DNA of 59,282 bases from a virus (IMGVR_UViG_3300027756_000012:1-59282), one strand, 5' to 3'. Shown: positions 19,846-29,526, counted from the stretch's first letter. Made by a program: numbers and translations. Notes: generated from the letters alone by a model not told the origin.

Positions 19846-21046
19846 AATCAATCAATGCTGCGAACTCGGGCGCCACTTCGGCTAGATTTTGTTTTCGTTT
19901 ATGATCAAGATCACGCAGATTCATGCGCAAAAGATTGCCATCCAGGCTGTTTCCTCTATTCATGAATTCAGCAGCACTGACAAATTCTTTCAGCACTCGC
20001 GGTGGAACTGCCGCTGTGGTCAGGCGTTGAGCGATTGCTGCCTTGGCAGTTTCGGGCAGTGTACTGATACTAAAATAGTAAGCATCGTGCATCATGTTCC
20101 AGTAGATAAAATCAAATTTCTGTTGCACTATCCAATTGGCCACTGTTTCAAGATAGTAAACATTGAACACATTAATGGTACAGCAGGCCTGCAATGTTAT
20201 ATTGGTGTTGCGGCTGCGCAGTTGCTTAAAGCGTTCGACATTTTCGACCACTTCGGTCCAGACTGCATTACTGCGCTGGTATTCAAATCGCTGTTCTACG
20301 TCGTCGATACTGACTGCAATTTCTACATGTTTGAAATGTTTCCAGATTGCTTCACCTTCTTCTGGATACTGTGTGCCATTGGTGTTGTAGTGTATTTCGA
20401 CTTGTGCGGCTCGGCCTGTGTCTACCAGTTTTTGCAACAGCTGAAAATGTTCTCTGATCAGGAAAGGTTCGCCGCCAGTGAACTCAATATAACGTATGTT
20501 GTCCAGATGCTTGTCCAAGTCTGCCCAAAATTCTACGCTTTCTCTAGGCCATGCACCGTCTTTGAGCATTTGATAAGCAAAACTTCCGCGAGTTTCTTCT
20601 GCTCGGTTGAATCGAATCTCTTCGGCTGCAAACTGACTGCTGCTCCATGACCCGCAGATACGGCATTTTAAATTGCAGATGTTGCCCAGTTTAAGATCCA
20701 AGAACATTAACGGCATAGCGTCTGCAGTCCAGGAAACATCAGCGTCGATCATGTGCTTGAGTCTATCCAAGGTGTGCATGCGTTTACTGGTACGACCTGC
20801 ACGTTCTTCATTCCAGCAGCGTCGGCAGTTCTGTGGCTTTTTACCAGCAAGAAAATCTTCACGCAGAGTCTGCATTGATTGGCTGTTTTGTATTTCTGTT
20901 AGACTGGCAGAGGCCAATTTGTATTTGTCTCCAGCATCATTGGTAATTTCGTCCATAGCCAGGCAGCATGGGCGTACTGTTCCAACTGGACTAGCTTCTA
21001 AACTGATCCAGGGTAGTACGCAAAAGGTATCGTGTGGTATATTCAT
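19826..21046 (-). CDS. radical SAM protein with N-terminal twitch-like domain (CC subtype)
   Basis: CNLKCRIC, TGGEP, NTNG; N-terminal FCVLPW..RPCC..CRRC. Confidence 0.92.
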   Translation of the reverse strand: MNIPHDTFCVLPWISLEASPVGTVRPCCLAMDEITNDAGDKYKLASASLTEIQNSQSMQTLREDFLAGKKPQNCRRCWNEERAGRTSKRMHTLDRLKHMIDADVSWTADAMPLMFLDLKLGNICNLKCRICGSWSSSQFAAEEIRFNRAEETRGSFAYQMLKDGAWPRESVEFWADLDKHLDNIRYIEFTGGEPFLIREHFQLLQKLVDTGRAAQVEIHYNTNGTQYPEEGEAIWKHFKHVEIAVSIDDVEQRFEYQRSNAVWTEVVENVERFKQLRSRNTNITLQACCTINVFNVYYLETVANWIVQQKFDFIYWNMMHDAYYFSISTLPETAKAAIAQRLTTAAVPPRVLKEFVSAAEFMNRGNSLDGNLLRMNLRDLDHKRKQNLAEVAPEFAALIDYDYNKT

Positions 21047-22308
21047 TTAAGTGCTCGCAATTCAGGTATTACATCCAGGCAATTTTCCTTACGCATGGTG
21101 TCTAGTTCATGTGTTTTACGCCAGAATGTGTCGATCAAGTGTGTGTTATCTGTGGCATTCAAAAATGTAATAGCACTGGTAAAGCCCTGTGAAGCACGAC
21201 CTAGACTATCGCCTTGTGCAGTCAACCATGCTAGATGTTGTGTGTACAGCTCAGTTAACTCGTCTTTGTATTTGGCCGGGGCTATGTCTATTCTATAGTG
21301 TGCTGGATCTTGCAGGATGTTTACGTTTAAATCCTGCGCACGAATCAGTCCTTTTTCTACCCAGTCTCTATGGAAATTAGGCAAATGACGTGCATTCATT
21401 ATGCTCAGTGTGGGGCTGATATAAAAGTCTACTTGAGGACAGATTGCCAACATGTCTCTGCGATTCTGTTCTACCACTGCCCATTCAGTGCCCTTGCGTA
21501 TGTATTCACCTCTGGCACCTGAATCGTCTAGGCTGGCACCTACTGCAACAGATTTAAACTGCTTCCAGTATTCAAATACCGAACGTCCTTTGAGATCCGT
21601 GTGCGTAAAGTTGGTGTTGTAAATCAGTCTAACATCAAAGCGTTCACGACGAACCAACTCGTCCAGGATACGATAATGTTCTTCCATCAACAAGGGCTCG
21701 CCGCCGGCGAAGTACACCTGTTCAACATGGTCTAAATGTGGCTCCAGTTGTTCCCATATGTCTGTTTCGGTACGACCGGCATAGTTGAGTACCTTGTTCT
21801 TTTGTTTCCAATCACCGCCGGCCAATTTGGCTTGGTCTTGATACCACGAACTACTGAAGATATGACCACAACTGCGGCAACTTAGGTTGCACAAGTTTGA
21901 GAAACGGATATCCCAGTAGGTCAATTCAAACGGGTTCTCATCTAATTTCTTTATATGATGCCCGTGGTGCTTGTTGGCACTACGGCGCCCTGAAAAGAAT
22001 CCCGACTCTTCCTGTTCATAACAACGTGTGCAGGCAGCATGCGGAGTTTCTGTCAACATGTCACTGCGCAGTTTCTGCATGGGCTCGCCGCGCCATATTT
22101 CCGCTAGAGTATTTTTGCGACAGTTGCCCACTACACCGGGTTTCATTTCAGCATGGCAGCAAGGATATGCTTCGCCCGTGGGATAGGCGTGCAGATGTAT
22201 CCACGGATAGATACAAAAAGTTTTAGAATCTTTTAATAAAAATTCTTCACGTTCTGTCAATTCCGTGGCACGTACTAGATCACTGCTGTTGTATTTGTAA
22301 GTTGTCAT
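21043..22308 (-). CDS. radical SAM protein with N-terminal twitch-like domain (CC subtype)
   Basis: CNLSCRSC, AGGEP, NTN; N-terminal FCIYPW..YPCC..CTRC. Confidence 0.92.
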   Translation of the reverse strand: MTTYKYNSSDLVRATELTEREEFLLKDSKTFCIYPWIHLHAYPTGEAYPCCHAEMKPGVVGNCRKNTLAEIWRGEPMQKLRSDMLTETPHAACTRCYEQEESGFFSGRRSANKHHGHHIKKLDENPFELTYWDIRFSNLCNLSCRSCGHIFSSSWYQDQAKLAGGDWKQKNKVLNYAGRTETDIWEQLEPHLDHVEQVYFAGGEPLLMEEHYRILDELVRRERFDVRLIYNTNFTHTDLKGRSVFEYWKQFKSVAVGASLDDSGARGEYIRKGTEWAVVEQNRRDMLAICPQVDFYISPTLSIMNARHLPNFHRDWVEKGLIRAQDLNVNILQDPAHYRIDIAPAKYKDELTELYTQHLAWLTAQGDSLGRASQGFTSAITFLNATDNTHLIDTFWRKTHELDTMRKENCLDVIPELRALK

Positions 22309-23620
22309 ACCATTCTTTTAGTGAGGGAAATGCAGAGCCAAAGTCTTTGCCACGACGCTGATCATACTGTGTGAAGAAACAGTGGAAATCGTTTAGTAGA
22401 CGTGGCATATCAAACGCTTCACGATGCGGAGTCTTGACCACATCCAGGTAGTCTATCAATCGCTGAGTGTGATTGATTTCATGTTCGTGCAGGTAGGGCT
22501 GGTCTTGGTGCTGTGCCATCCAGGCAACCAGTCCTAATCGGCGTTGCTCGCGCACTGTGGCATCAAGAATCAACGGGCTCTGAAAGCTAGGAAAGCGCAG
22601 AATATTCAAAGTAAAGTTCACTCGATCTTTACTGTAAATCTTTTTCCACTCAACCAATTGATTCAACAAGTGCGGTAACGATTCCAAGCATAAGGCATTG
22701 ATAGTGGCCATCACATGCACAGTGACACCAGCATCCAATAACTTCAATACATTTTGCTGCCACAGTGCATAGTCTAGTCCGTCACGAATGTATTCTGCCT
22801 GTGCTCCAGTGGCTTCCATACTGGTGTATATTTCTACCGCAAGGCTGTCAATACTGGCCAGTAGGCGATCCACATCAACGTCTGGACCTAGATTTGAATT
22901 GATAGCCAATCGTGTGTTGCTCTTGCCTTGATTGGCCTTGAACCATTCGATCAGCTTCCAGGTATAGCCGGACATTAGCGGCTCGCCGCCGGTGATTCTC
23001 AGTTCTTGTAGGGTGCGATGGAGGTCTGTTTCCCACCATTCAAAAAACGCTTCAATGTAGGGATTTGTTTCACCAAAGCGATATAATTGAGCACTATCAT
23101 GAGCATGAGTAAAGTGGTTACGCCCATCAGACACCAAGGACTGATAAGGGCCGTTGCGTCGGATATCATTAACCCATGTACTGCTGAAAGCAGGGTTACA
23201 ATAGCTACAGGCCAATTGGCAAGTGCGATCGAATGCAATTTCAAGTGTGCGAAGATTGACATCTTGGTCAACTGGGGTGTTTGCTGCTTCATGTAGGGCC
23301 TCTATAGGATAAATTTTACTTTTGTACACACGGTCCGAGATGTTGTCTCGGCCAATGTCTTCGATCTTCCAGCAGTACTCACAACCAGCTGGGCGCTCAC
23401 CTTTCAACATCTGCGCACGATCAGCTTTCTTTTGATCAGTGTTGTGTAGTAGTTTAGGATTGCTGCGTACTTTATCTATATCCACCAAGTGAGCCGGTGG
23501 ATGGTGGCAGCTTGTGGTCATACCGGATCCTAGCCATATAGTAGCATTGTACCATTTGGCTGCACAAAAACTGTCGGACAATGTGTCTAATACTGTGTGT
23601 TTAAAATCTAGATCATTCAT
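22280..23620 (-). CDS. radical SAM protein with N-terminal twitch-like domain (CHH subtype)
   Basis: CQLACSYC, TGGEP, NSN; N-terminal FCAAKW..SCHHPP..CEYCW. Confidence 0.92.
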   Translation of the reverse strand: MNDLDFKHTVLDTLSDSFCAAKWYNATIWLGSGMTTSCHHPPAHLVDIDKVRSNPKLLHNTDQKKADRAQMLKGERPAGCEYCWKIEDIGRDNISDRVYKSKIYPIEALHEAANTPVDQDVNLRTLEIAFDRTCQLACSYCNPAFSSTWVNDIRRNGPYQSLVSDGRNHFTHAHDSAQLYRFGETNPYIEAFFEWWETDLHRTLQELRITGGEPLMSGYTWKLIEWFKANQGKSNTRLAINSNLGPDVDVDRLLASIDSLAVEIYTSMEATGAQAEYIRDGLDYALWQQNVLKLLDAGVTVHVMATINALCLESLPHLLNQLVEWKKIYSKDRVNFTLNILRFPSFQSPLILDATVREQRRLGLVAWMAQHQDQPYLHEHEINHTQRLIDYLDVVKTPHREAFDMPRLLNDFHCFFTQYDQRRGKDFGSAFPSLKEWYDNLQIQQQ

Positions 23621-24752
23621 ATTGGCTTAAAAATTCTGTTAATCGATCAGGGAAGTTGCTTATTTCTTGTTGTCGCAATTCGACAAGGTGCTGTTGATTA
23701 TACTCGCATACTTCCTGTGCCGCGGCTATAAATTGTACTAGATCTTGACCACAAAGGTCAACCACTACCTGTTCAATGCGGTCAATGCGTTCTTGGCTGT
23801 TGTCTATTAGATCAAATGATTCGTCTAGTAGATGTCCAAATGTTTTAAATCCCATCTGTCGCAGGTCTCTGTAGTATCCTCTACTGGATGCAGCTATCCA
23901 CGGGTGACCCATGGCAATCGGCTTCCAGATTTTCTCAGTGCGGAAACTGTACGGGTAATCAAACACTGTTTCGGTAACCAAGCTGAAGTATGTATCAATA
24001 TAAGGCTCAGGTTTTAAATAAATTTCGCCCCAGGTATTGTTGAACAAGTGGCTTTTGATAAAATTATCAGTGCTATTAGGTGCCAATGTTAGTCTGTGCT
24101 GATATGCTTTGACTTCATACTCCGGGGGCAGATACTGCAACGGTAAACTCTGTGTCATCAAGTTTACATTGTCTTTGCTGTACAGTGTCAATGATCTCGA
24201 TCCTGCTGGACCTATATCCAAATTGGTCCACAATGCTTGGTCCAGCAGGCCGGTTTCTTTGAATTTTTCCAGCAGGTATTTACGATGCGGTCTTATACGA
24301 CCGTTTAGAAACAAAAACTTATAGGGTTTAGATGTTTTACTGTAGATTTCAGACGTGCGTTTCATTGCTTCGCGATTGGTCACGTAGTCTAGTATTTTAA
24401 CCATAAAACTGTCGTACCGTAGAAGGCAATATTCTGTACCAGCATCGCCACCTGCTAGTATAATAATTTTTCCAGACTTGACCAGATCTTCTATCTGCAG
24501 TCGTTTACACTGCCACACTATGGTGTCTGATCCTTCTGCTGGATTGCTCAGTACAACACGAGCTGTGCCACTGTTGGCTATGCGTCTAATCAACTCAACG
24601 TTATTTGCAAATTGCAGTCTACCAATCATGTACCATGCATCCGGTACAATATCGTGATGTTCCAGATCCCAAAACTCTCCGTCGGCCCAGGGCTTTAATA
24701 ACTCGTACACCTCACATTGTGTGTCTATAATAAGTTTATGATTGTTTAGCAT
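23613..24752 (-). CDS. putative glycosyltransferase-like protein (ET...TEK family)
   Basis: FLFLNGR.RPHR, LVTET..RTEKIWKPI..GHPW..GFKTF..DESFD. Confidence 0.55.
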   Translation of the reverse strand: MLNNHKLIIDTQCEVYELLKPWADGEFWDLEHHDIVPDAWYMIGRLQFANNVELIRRIANSGTARVVLSNPAEGSDTIVWQCKRLQIEDLVKSGKIIILAGGDAGTEYCLLRYDSFMVKILDYVTNREAMKRTSEIYSKTSKPYKFLFLNGRIRPHRKYLLEKFKETGLLDQALWTNLDIGPAGSRSLTLYSKDNVNLMTQSLPLQYLPPEYEVKAYQHRLTLAPNSTDNFIKSHLFNNTWGEIYLKPEPYIDTYFSLVTETVFDYPYSFRTEKIWKPIAMGHPWIAASSRGYYRDLRQMGFKTFGHLLDESFDLIDNSQERIDRIEQVVVDLCGQDLVQFIAAAQEVCEYNQQHLVELRQQEISNFPDRLTEFLSQYE

Positions 24753-26121
24753 GATACTCGCATTCGGCCCACCATGATCGCATTTCTGGAAAGGCTGTTA
24801 AAAAATCTGTACCACGTCGCTGATCATGTTCGTTAAAAAAACGATAGAAATCTGCACGGGCAACAGAATGACGATTTTGCTGACCTTCACGCATCCAGGC
24901 AATATCTCGCTCCAAGCGTTGCACTTCGTAGTCTTTGAATCCATGCAAAGGATTTTCATCAGTGACAAGATTCTCCAGCATAAAATCTCTAGCATGCTCC
25001 AGTTGTTGTGCATAGCTTTCGGGTAGGATTTGCAGGCTCTGCCAGGCAGGCTCACGCAGTACCGGAGTGTCAAACCACACACGTTGATAAGTGCTTGAAT
25101 GCACTTTACGAAGATGCAAGATCCACTCCATGTATTTTTTAAACCCAGTTACACTCAAGTTGTTCATGGTGATTATGAACGTTAGGCTGTTGCGTGTGGG
25201 CACTTCGGTTAGGAAACGGTTCACATTACGCACCACACGATCTGCACTCATGCCATGCCGGATGTATTCAGCCTGTGGGCCCGATCCTGAATCCAAACTC
25301 ACATACTGCATAAAATGCTCAATGTCCGGCGTACAAAGACGTTTTACATAGGATATGTACTTATTAAACAGCTGGTCTTCCACGCTGAAGTTGCTGGTCA
25401 CATTCAAGTGCAGCCGCGGACTGGGGTTGGCCAACACATAATCAAACACTCGGTAAGTGTTTTTGTCCATGAGCGGTTCGCCGCCGGTCATTCTAAAGTG
25501 TTCTAATTTGGGATAAAGAGTTGGCCACCACTCCCAGAATGCATCCACATAAGGATTAGCTTCACGCACTGGAATTGGTTTGCGATTGCCCACAAAGTGT
25601 TCTGGGGCATTGTGCGGCTTGCTGGTAGGAAAAGCGCCGTGTCGTTCCACTTCTTCGCCCCAGCTGGAACTGAACTGTGGGCTACAATAGCTACATTTTA
25701 AATTGCAGGCATGATTAAAGTTTACTTCTACATAGCTGGGTACTACATCATCTTCAAGACCGGTGCCGGCTTTGATCTTTTCTAAATCAACAGCGGCCCA
25801 GGCTTCACCTGATCTATAATGACGGTCACTCAGCTTTCCTAGATTTTCCATGTTCCAGCAGTACTGGCATTCTGCAGGCTTTTGTCCCTGCAACATCATT
25901 ACACGCTGTTGTTTTTTGTGTGCAGTGTTGTGCAGGCCGCCCGGACGTGATAAATCATCTGAGGTGATCTGGTGCAAGGGCGGATGGTAGCAGGAGTTGT
26001 TAAGTCCAGTGGGCAGGTGAAAGCTGACCTGTTTCCATTTGGCCAAACATAATGCGGGACCGAGATCCTGCTTCATCTGCTCGGCAGAACTCATGAATCG
26101 GCTTTGATCACCTTTGCTCAT
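24736..26121 (-). CDS. radical SAM protein with N-terminal twitch-like domain (CYH subtype)
   Basis: CNLKCSYC, TGGEP, TSN; N-terminal LCLAKW..SCYHPP..CQYCW. Confidence 0.92.
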   Translation of the reverse strand: MSKGDQSRFMSSAEQMKQDLGPALCLAKWKQVSFHLPTGLNNSCYHPPLHQITSDDLSRPGGLHNTAHKKQQRVMMLQGQKPAECQYCWNMENLGKLSDRHYRSGEAWAAVDLEKIKAGTGLEDDVVPSYVEVNFNHACNLKCSYCSPQFSSSWGEEVERHGAFPTSKPHNAPEHFVGNRKPIPVREANPYVDAFWEWWPTLYPKLEHFRMTGGEPLMDKNTYRVFDYVLANPSPRLHLNVTSNFSVEDQLFNKYISYVKRLCTPDIEHFMQYVSLDSGSGPQAEYIRHGMSADRVVRNVNRFLTEVPTRNSLTFIITMNNLSVTGFKKYMEWILHLRKVHSSTYQRVWFDTPVLREPAWQSLQILPESYAQQLEHARDFMLENLVTDENPLHGFKDYEVQRLERDIAWMREGQQNRHSVARADFYRFFNEHDQRRGTDFLTAFPEMRSWWAECEYHAKQS

Positions 26122-27047
26122 TACCAGCCTTCTTGCTTTCTAATCACATCAATTTCACGAATCATAATGCCTTGGTTGTGCCATCCACTGCGATAATGAT
26201 GTTTGAAGAACTTGCTGGCTTCATCCTCGTACCAGACCATTGGTAAGTCTAACTGTGTGCTGAGCTCTTCGGCTACACGACCCAACACTAGTTCAGGTTC
26301 AGTATCTTTGACTGTGTCCCATAACTCAGTTAAAGAATCAAACCACTGCACTTCTTTGTGATCCCAATTGGTCAACATGGTCATGTATGTGCCCATTCTT
26401 GAGCCAGCAATGGCCCAGACTCCGTGTTCAGCATCTCTACCCACATTGTGCCATACTGTTAGATTATCTAGGTTACGTTGATGCACACGGTCTTTAAATT
26501 CTGCCACTGTGGGCCGTGCACCTTTGTTCAAGCACATCTTGACACCTTCTCGGAAGCCGGCTCGCCAAGCATGAAAAGCCGAACCATTGGGATAGGTGGT
26601 TGAGTAACAGTCGTGCATGGCCCAGTACAAGGGATCAAAACAAAACTCCACTTCGGTAGCGGCGGTACCGTCGGTGTTTTCGTGTGTTTTCATTTCATTG
26701 ACAAATGTACGTGTCCACGAACTCATACCGCCATTGCCATACATGAGTCCATTGATATTGTTGCGAGCACGCCACCGAAACACAGCACGTTCATATTCAG
26801 CAGTGGGAAATGTCAGTGTTTGATTAAAAAATTCTGGGTCCGGCATGTTATCACCATCGATCAGAATAAAGCGTTCTGTGTCGCTGGCAGCGGCAGCGGC
26901 TTTGTGTGCGGCATCCGATCCTTTGACTCCGTCAACACGTTTGGCCCATGGCACCATGTTGCGAATTTTTACCCAAAATTCTTCTTTCTGTGGTTCATCA
27001 TAGGTCAAGTATATACAGTCTAGGTCTGCAATATCAATACGATTCAT
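26121..27047 (-). CDS. putative GT-A fold glycosyltransferase
   Basis: AHKAAAAASDTERFILIDGDN contains a DxD after a hydrophobic strand. ATG 27047 has GGAG upstream and is preferred over 27131. Confidence 0.65.
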   Translation of the reverse strand: MNRIDIADLDCIYLTYDEPQKEEFWVKIRNMVPWAKRVDGVKGSDAAHKAAAAASDTERFILIDGDNMPDPEFFNQTLTFPTAEYERAVFRWRARNNINGLMYGNGGMSSWTRTFVNEMKTHENTDGTAATEVEFCFDPLYWAMHDCYSTTYPNGSAFHAWRAGFREGVKMCLNKGARPTVAEFKDRVHQRNLDNLTVWHNVGRDAEHGVWAIAGSRMGTYMTMLTNWDHKEVQWFDSLTELWDTVKDTEPELVLGRVAEELSTQLDLPMVWYEDEASKFFKHHYRSGWHNQGIMIREIDVIRKQEGW

Positions 27048-27381
27048 TTGTTTGTAAACTCCATTTAATATGAGATTGTTGCTCTGACACAACAATGGAA
27101 ACATTGTCGGGCAAGCAAGGTGTCCCTGCATCGCTGGGCTTTAATTTACTTGTGAGTTTTTTAGGTACAACGTGTACTAACTTGCCATCAATCACTCGCA
27201 CAGACACAGAACTACGTGCATAAGTTTCTGCATCTATTTCGATGTAGTTACCTGGAATGTCTTCCATGCTGTAAGATACCGGCTCGCCGCGCTCATTATA
27301 ATACAACCTGAAGAAAATAGGTGCAGGTGCTGGCACAGGTTCTGCCCAGGCCTTCCAGAAATTTTCTGTAGTTTCATTCAT
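27034..27381 (-). CDS. hypothetical protein (115 aa)
   Basis: ORF overlapping both neighbours in the operon. Confidence 0.7.
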   Translation of the reverse strand: MNETTENFWKAWAEPVPAPAPIFFRLYYNERGEPVSYSMEDIPGNYIEIDAETYARSSVSVRVIDGKLVHVVPKKLTSKLKPSDAGTPCLPDNVSIVVSEQQSHIKWSLQTNESY

Positions 27382-27667
27382 TGTCAGGCGGAATACCGTT
27401 CGAATGTCGGTCTGTGGGTGTATCTATATCTTGAAACAGACGCTTTTCTTGTTGTGTTAATTCTTTAAAAGATTTTCGCGGATTCATACACATTACACAA
27501 TTTGGATTACCGCAATTCATAGCATGTCGTTTAGCAAGTCTGTGTGGCTGATCAATTTCTTTGTTGCTCATGCCATACTGCTTGCCAATCTTGGTTTGTT
27601 TTTTTATGGCATTCTCATCTTTAAGCAGTCGTTTACTGTGTTTGAATTTATCTTCTTCTGTACTCAT
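27374..27667 (-). CDS. small basic protein with CxxxxCxxC putative metal-binding motif
   Basis: HAMNCGNPNCVMC. ATG 27667 has GGAG upstream and an ATGA overlap with the upstream stop. Confidence 0.7.
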   Translation of the reverse strand: MSTEEDKFKHSKRLLKDENAIKKQTKIGKQYGMSNKEIDQPHRLAKRHAMNCGNPNCVMCMNPRKSFKELTQQEKRLFQDIDTPTDRHSNGIPPDNE

Positions 27668-28437
27668 GACAATCTCCATTGTTTGTTATGATAATGAAAC
27701 AGCCCCCATTGCGCCACAGTGTTTATTCTCAAGCCCGGATTGACATTTTCCCAAACCAGTTCTTGTGTCCAATCATCACTGTGAATGGGAATTACATGTT
27801 GTTTCATATGTACTATATTGGGACCTAATCTCGGAGGCAGTGTAACCAGTTCTGGACTAATGATCTGTGCTGCCACTGCATACACTACATCTGTGCTGGG
27901 AACTTCTTCCGGAAACTTCAGCAGAGTTTTATAATCAGCCCAGTGTTGAAAAATATATTTTACCAATTGAAAAAATTCCTGTGCTGTTTTGCTCACACGC
28001 CAGTAGGTGACAGCGTTGTACACATCAGGCAGGTAGTTGTCGTCAAACAGTTGGCGATAGTATCTGCTGGTGGCTGGTCGATCATAAAAGTCTCTGCAGC
28101 CGGTGCTGATCACAACATCACGTTTTTCCAGCATGGTCCACCAGTGATCAATTGGGCTGGTAGCAATCATGTCGGCCTCCAGTTTGATTGTTTGTCTATA
28201 CGGGCTGGCGCGGAACACCTGCCAGTCATTGGCATATCCGCCCTGGTCACCATATGGCAGTTCAATCACATGATCAAACACTGACCAATCACACCGATCA
28301 TTGGTCATAATAGACACACTGGCCTCCGGGTGCCAACTTTTTATACTCATGGCCAGCTGTTCTGCACAGTCAGTATAGCTGACAGTGTCTGTGTTCACAG
28401 CCGGAATCAAATATCCGCGTTCAGAGAGGATTGGCAA
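27664..28437 (-). CDS. putative GT8/glycogenin-like glycosyltransferase
   Basis: ASPYRQTIKLEADM (ExD variant of DxD), STD, VHMK; TTG start with AGGAG upstream. Confidence 0.65.
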   Translation of the reverse strand: MPILSERGYLIPAVNTDTVSYTDCAEQLAMSIKSWHPEASVSIMTNDRCDWSVFDHVIELPYGDQGGYANDWQVFRASPYRQTIKLEADMIATSPIDHWWTMLEKRDVVISTGCRDFYDRPATSRYYRQLFDDNYLPDVYNAVTYWRVSKTAQEFFQLVKYIFQHWADYKTLLKFPEEVPSTDVVYAVAAQIISPELVTLPPRLGPNIVHMKQHVIPIHSDDWTQELVWENVNPGLRINTVAQWGLFHYHNKQWRLS

Positions 28438-29221
28438 CTATTGCTCCTAATTGTTGTTTTCCCATGGCATGAAAATCTTGAGTCAAGGTGATCCATCGTG
28501 CTTTTTTATCTGGTGTCAAAAAGTCTACTCGGTACGAATCTTTATCGAGTTGAGTTAAACGATGGTCTGGAGTAAGACTTGCCAATGTTCCAGGAATCGA
28601 ATCAACACACAATGTGTTTCCATTCAAAGTATTTAACGCAATACTAAGCGCATGGTCATTTCTATAAGTAGGGTTGGGATTTTTATACAGGTTCCTGTAG
28701 TGTGTCCAGTTGTCACGAATCATTTGCATCGAATCAAACAGCAACTCTGCGGCGGCGCTGCGGCGGAACATCATCACAGTGGCCCACCACATGGGCATGC
28801 GATGATTGCCAAAGTAATTTAAATCTTCAAACGTTTGCAAGCCTGTTACATCAGTTGCCCAACGATGGCACACAAAATCTCGATCACTTGCTAACACAGA
28901 TGATAGATGATTGCTTGCCACCACATAGTCCGCATCTAACACCAGCGTTTGATTCCACGGGCTTAACTTATATGCATCCATGCGATTTGTATTGTGCCAG
29001 GTCACTGTGGTATCATAGTCAGAAAAATATCTTTGCCCAGCACCTTCGGGTGCGGCAATTACTACGCGATCAAACACATGCGGCAGAGCGGGTAGGCGAT
29101 CAGTGACCAAACAGACAGGAATATTCAAATGTCTATGAATATTGCCAGCTGTCCAATTGGCCATTGCAACATAGTCTATTTGCTCGTTGTTAAATGCAAA
29201 TATCAATGCTCCTGTGGTCAT
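28421..29221 (-). CDS. putative GT8/glycogenin-like glycosyltransferase
   Basis: LSPWNQTLVLDADY (DxD), RND, HAMGK. Start placed at ATG 29221 (ATGA overlap), not 29410. Confidence 0.7.
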   Translation of the reverse strand: MTTGALIFAFNNEQIDYVAMANWTAGNIHRHLNIPVCLVTDRLPALPHVFDRVVIAAPEGAGQRYFSDYDTTVTWHNTNRMDAYKLSPWNQTLVLDADYVVASNHLSSVLASDRDFVCHRWATDVTGLQTFEDLNYFGNHRMPMWWATVMMFRRSAAAELLFDSMQMIRDNWTHYRNLYKNPNPTYRNDHALSIALNTLNGNTLCVDSIPGTLASLTPDHRLTQLDKDSYRVDFLTPDKKARWITLTQDFHAMGKQQLGAIVANPL

Positions 29222-29526
29222 CGTTGTTTGCTGATTTCTTCGTGTTCGGCCAACCAGGCATTCATTTGTTCTTGCCAGCGACCCAGGGCCAGGTATTGTA
29301 ATTCCACTGGAGTTATTTTTACAGGAGTTTCGTACAAATCTAAAAGTACAACATCGTCTTCTACTGGGATTGCCTGTAGTAGTGTCAACAGTTCTGGCCC
29401 GGCACACCACATACCGCCACGATAGGCAAATGTCATTCGAGCTTGATATTTTTCTTTAAGAACTCTTCGGGCTGCCGCATGATCAAATCGAGCACGACCG
29501 TGTGCAATTAATTGTTCAGTATTCAT
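29218..29526 (-). CDS. hypothetical protein (102 aa), first gene of the minus-strand enzyme operon
   Basis: ATG 6 nt downstream of a TATAAT -10; ATGA-coupled to the GT8-like gene. Confidence 0.75.
   Translation of the reverse strand: MNTEQLIAHGRARFDHAAARRVLKEKYQARMTFAYRGGMWCAGPELLTLLQAIPVEDDVVLLDLYETPVKITPVELQYLALGRWQEQMNAWLAEHEEISKQR

Noticed and set aside
19889-20650. 253-aa plus-strand ORF
   Set aside because: Entirely antisense to a well-supported radical SAM gene; no motifs.
12608-26121. 7-deazaguanine (QueE-type) or NrdG-type role for the radical SAM genes
   Set aside because: The proteins are larger, carry auxiliary Cys domains, and no folE/queC/queD/dpdA or nrdD is visible in the window.
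29222-29410. Cys-rich N-terminal extension of the 329-aa ORF as a possible RiPP precursor
   Set aside because: It overlaps the 102-aa gene out of frame, and ATG 29221 gives a typical ATGA coupling.
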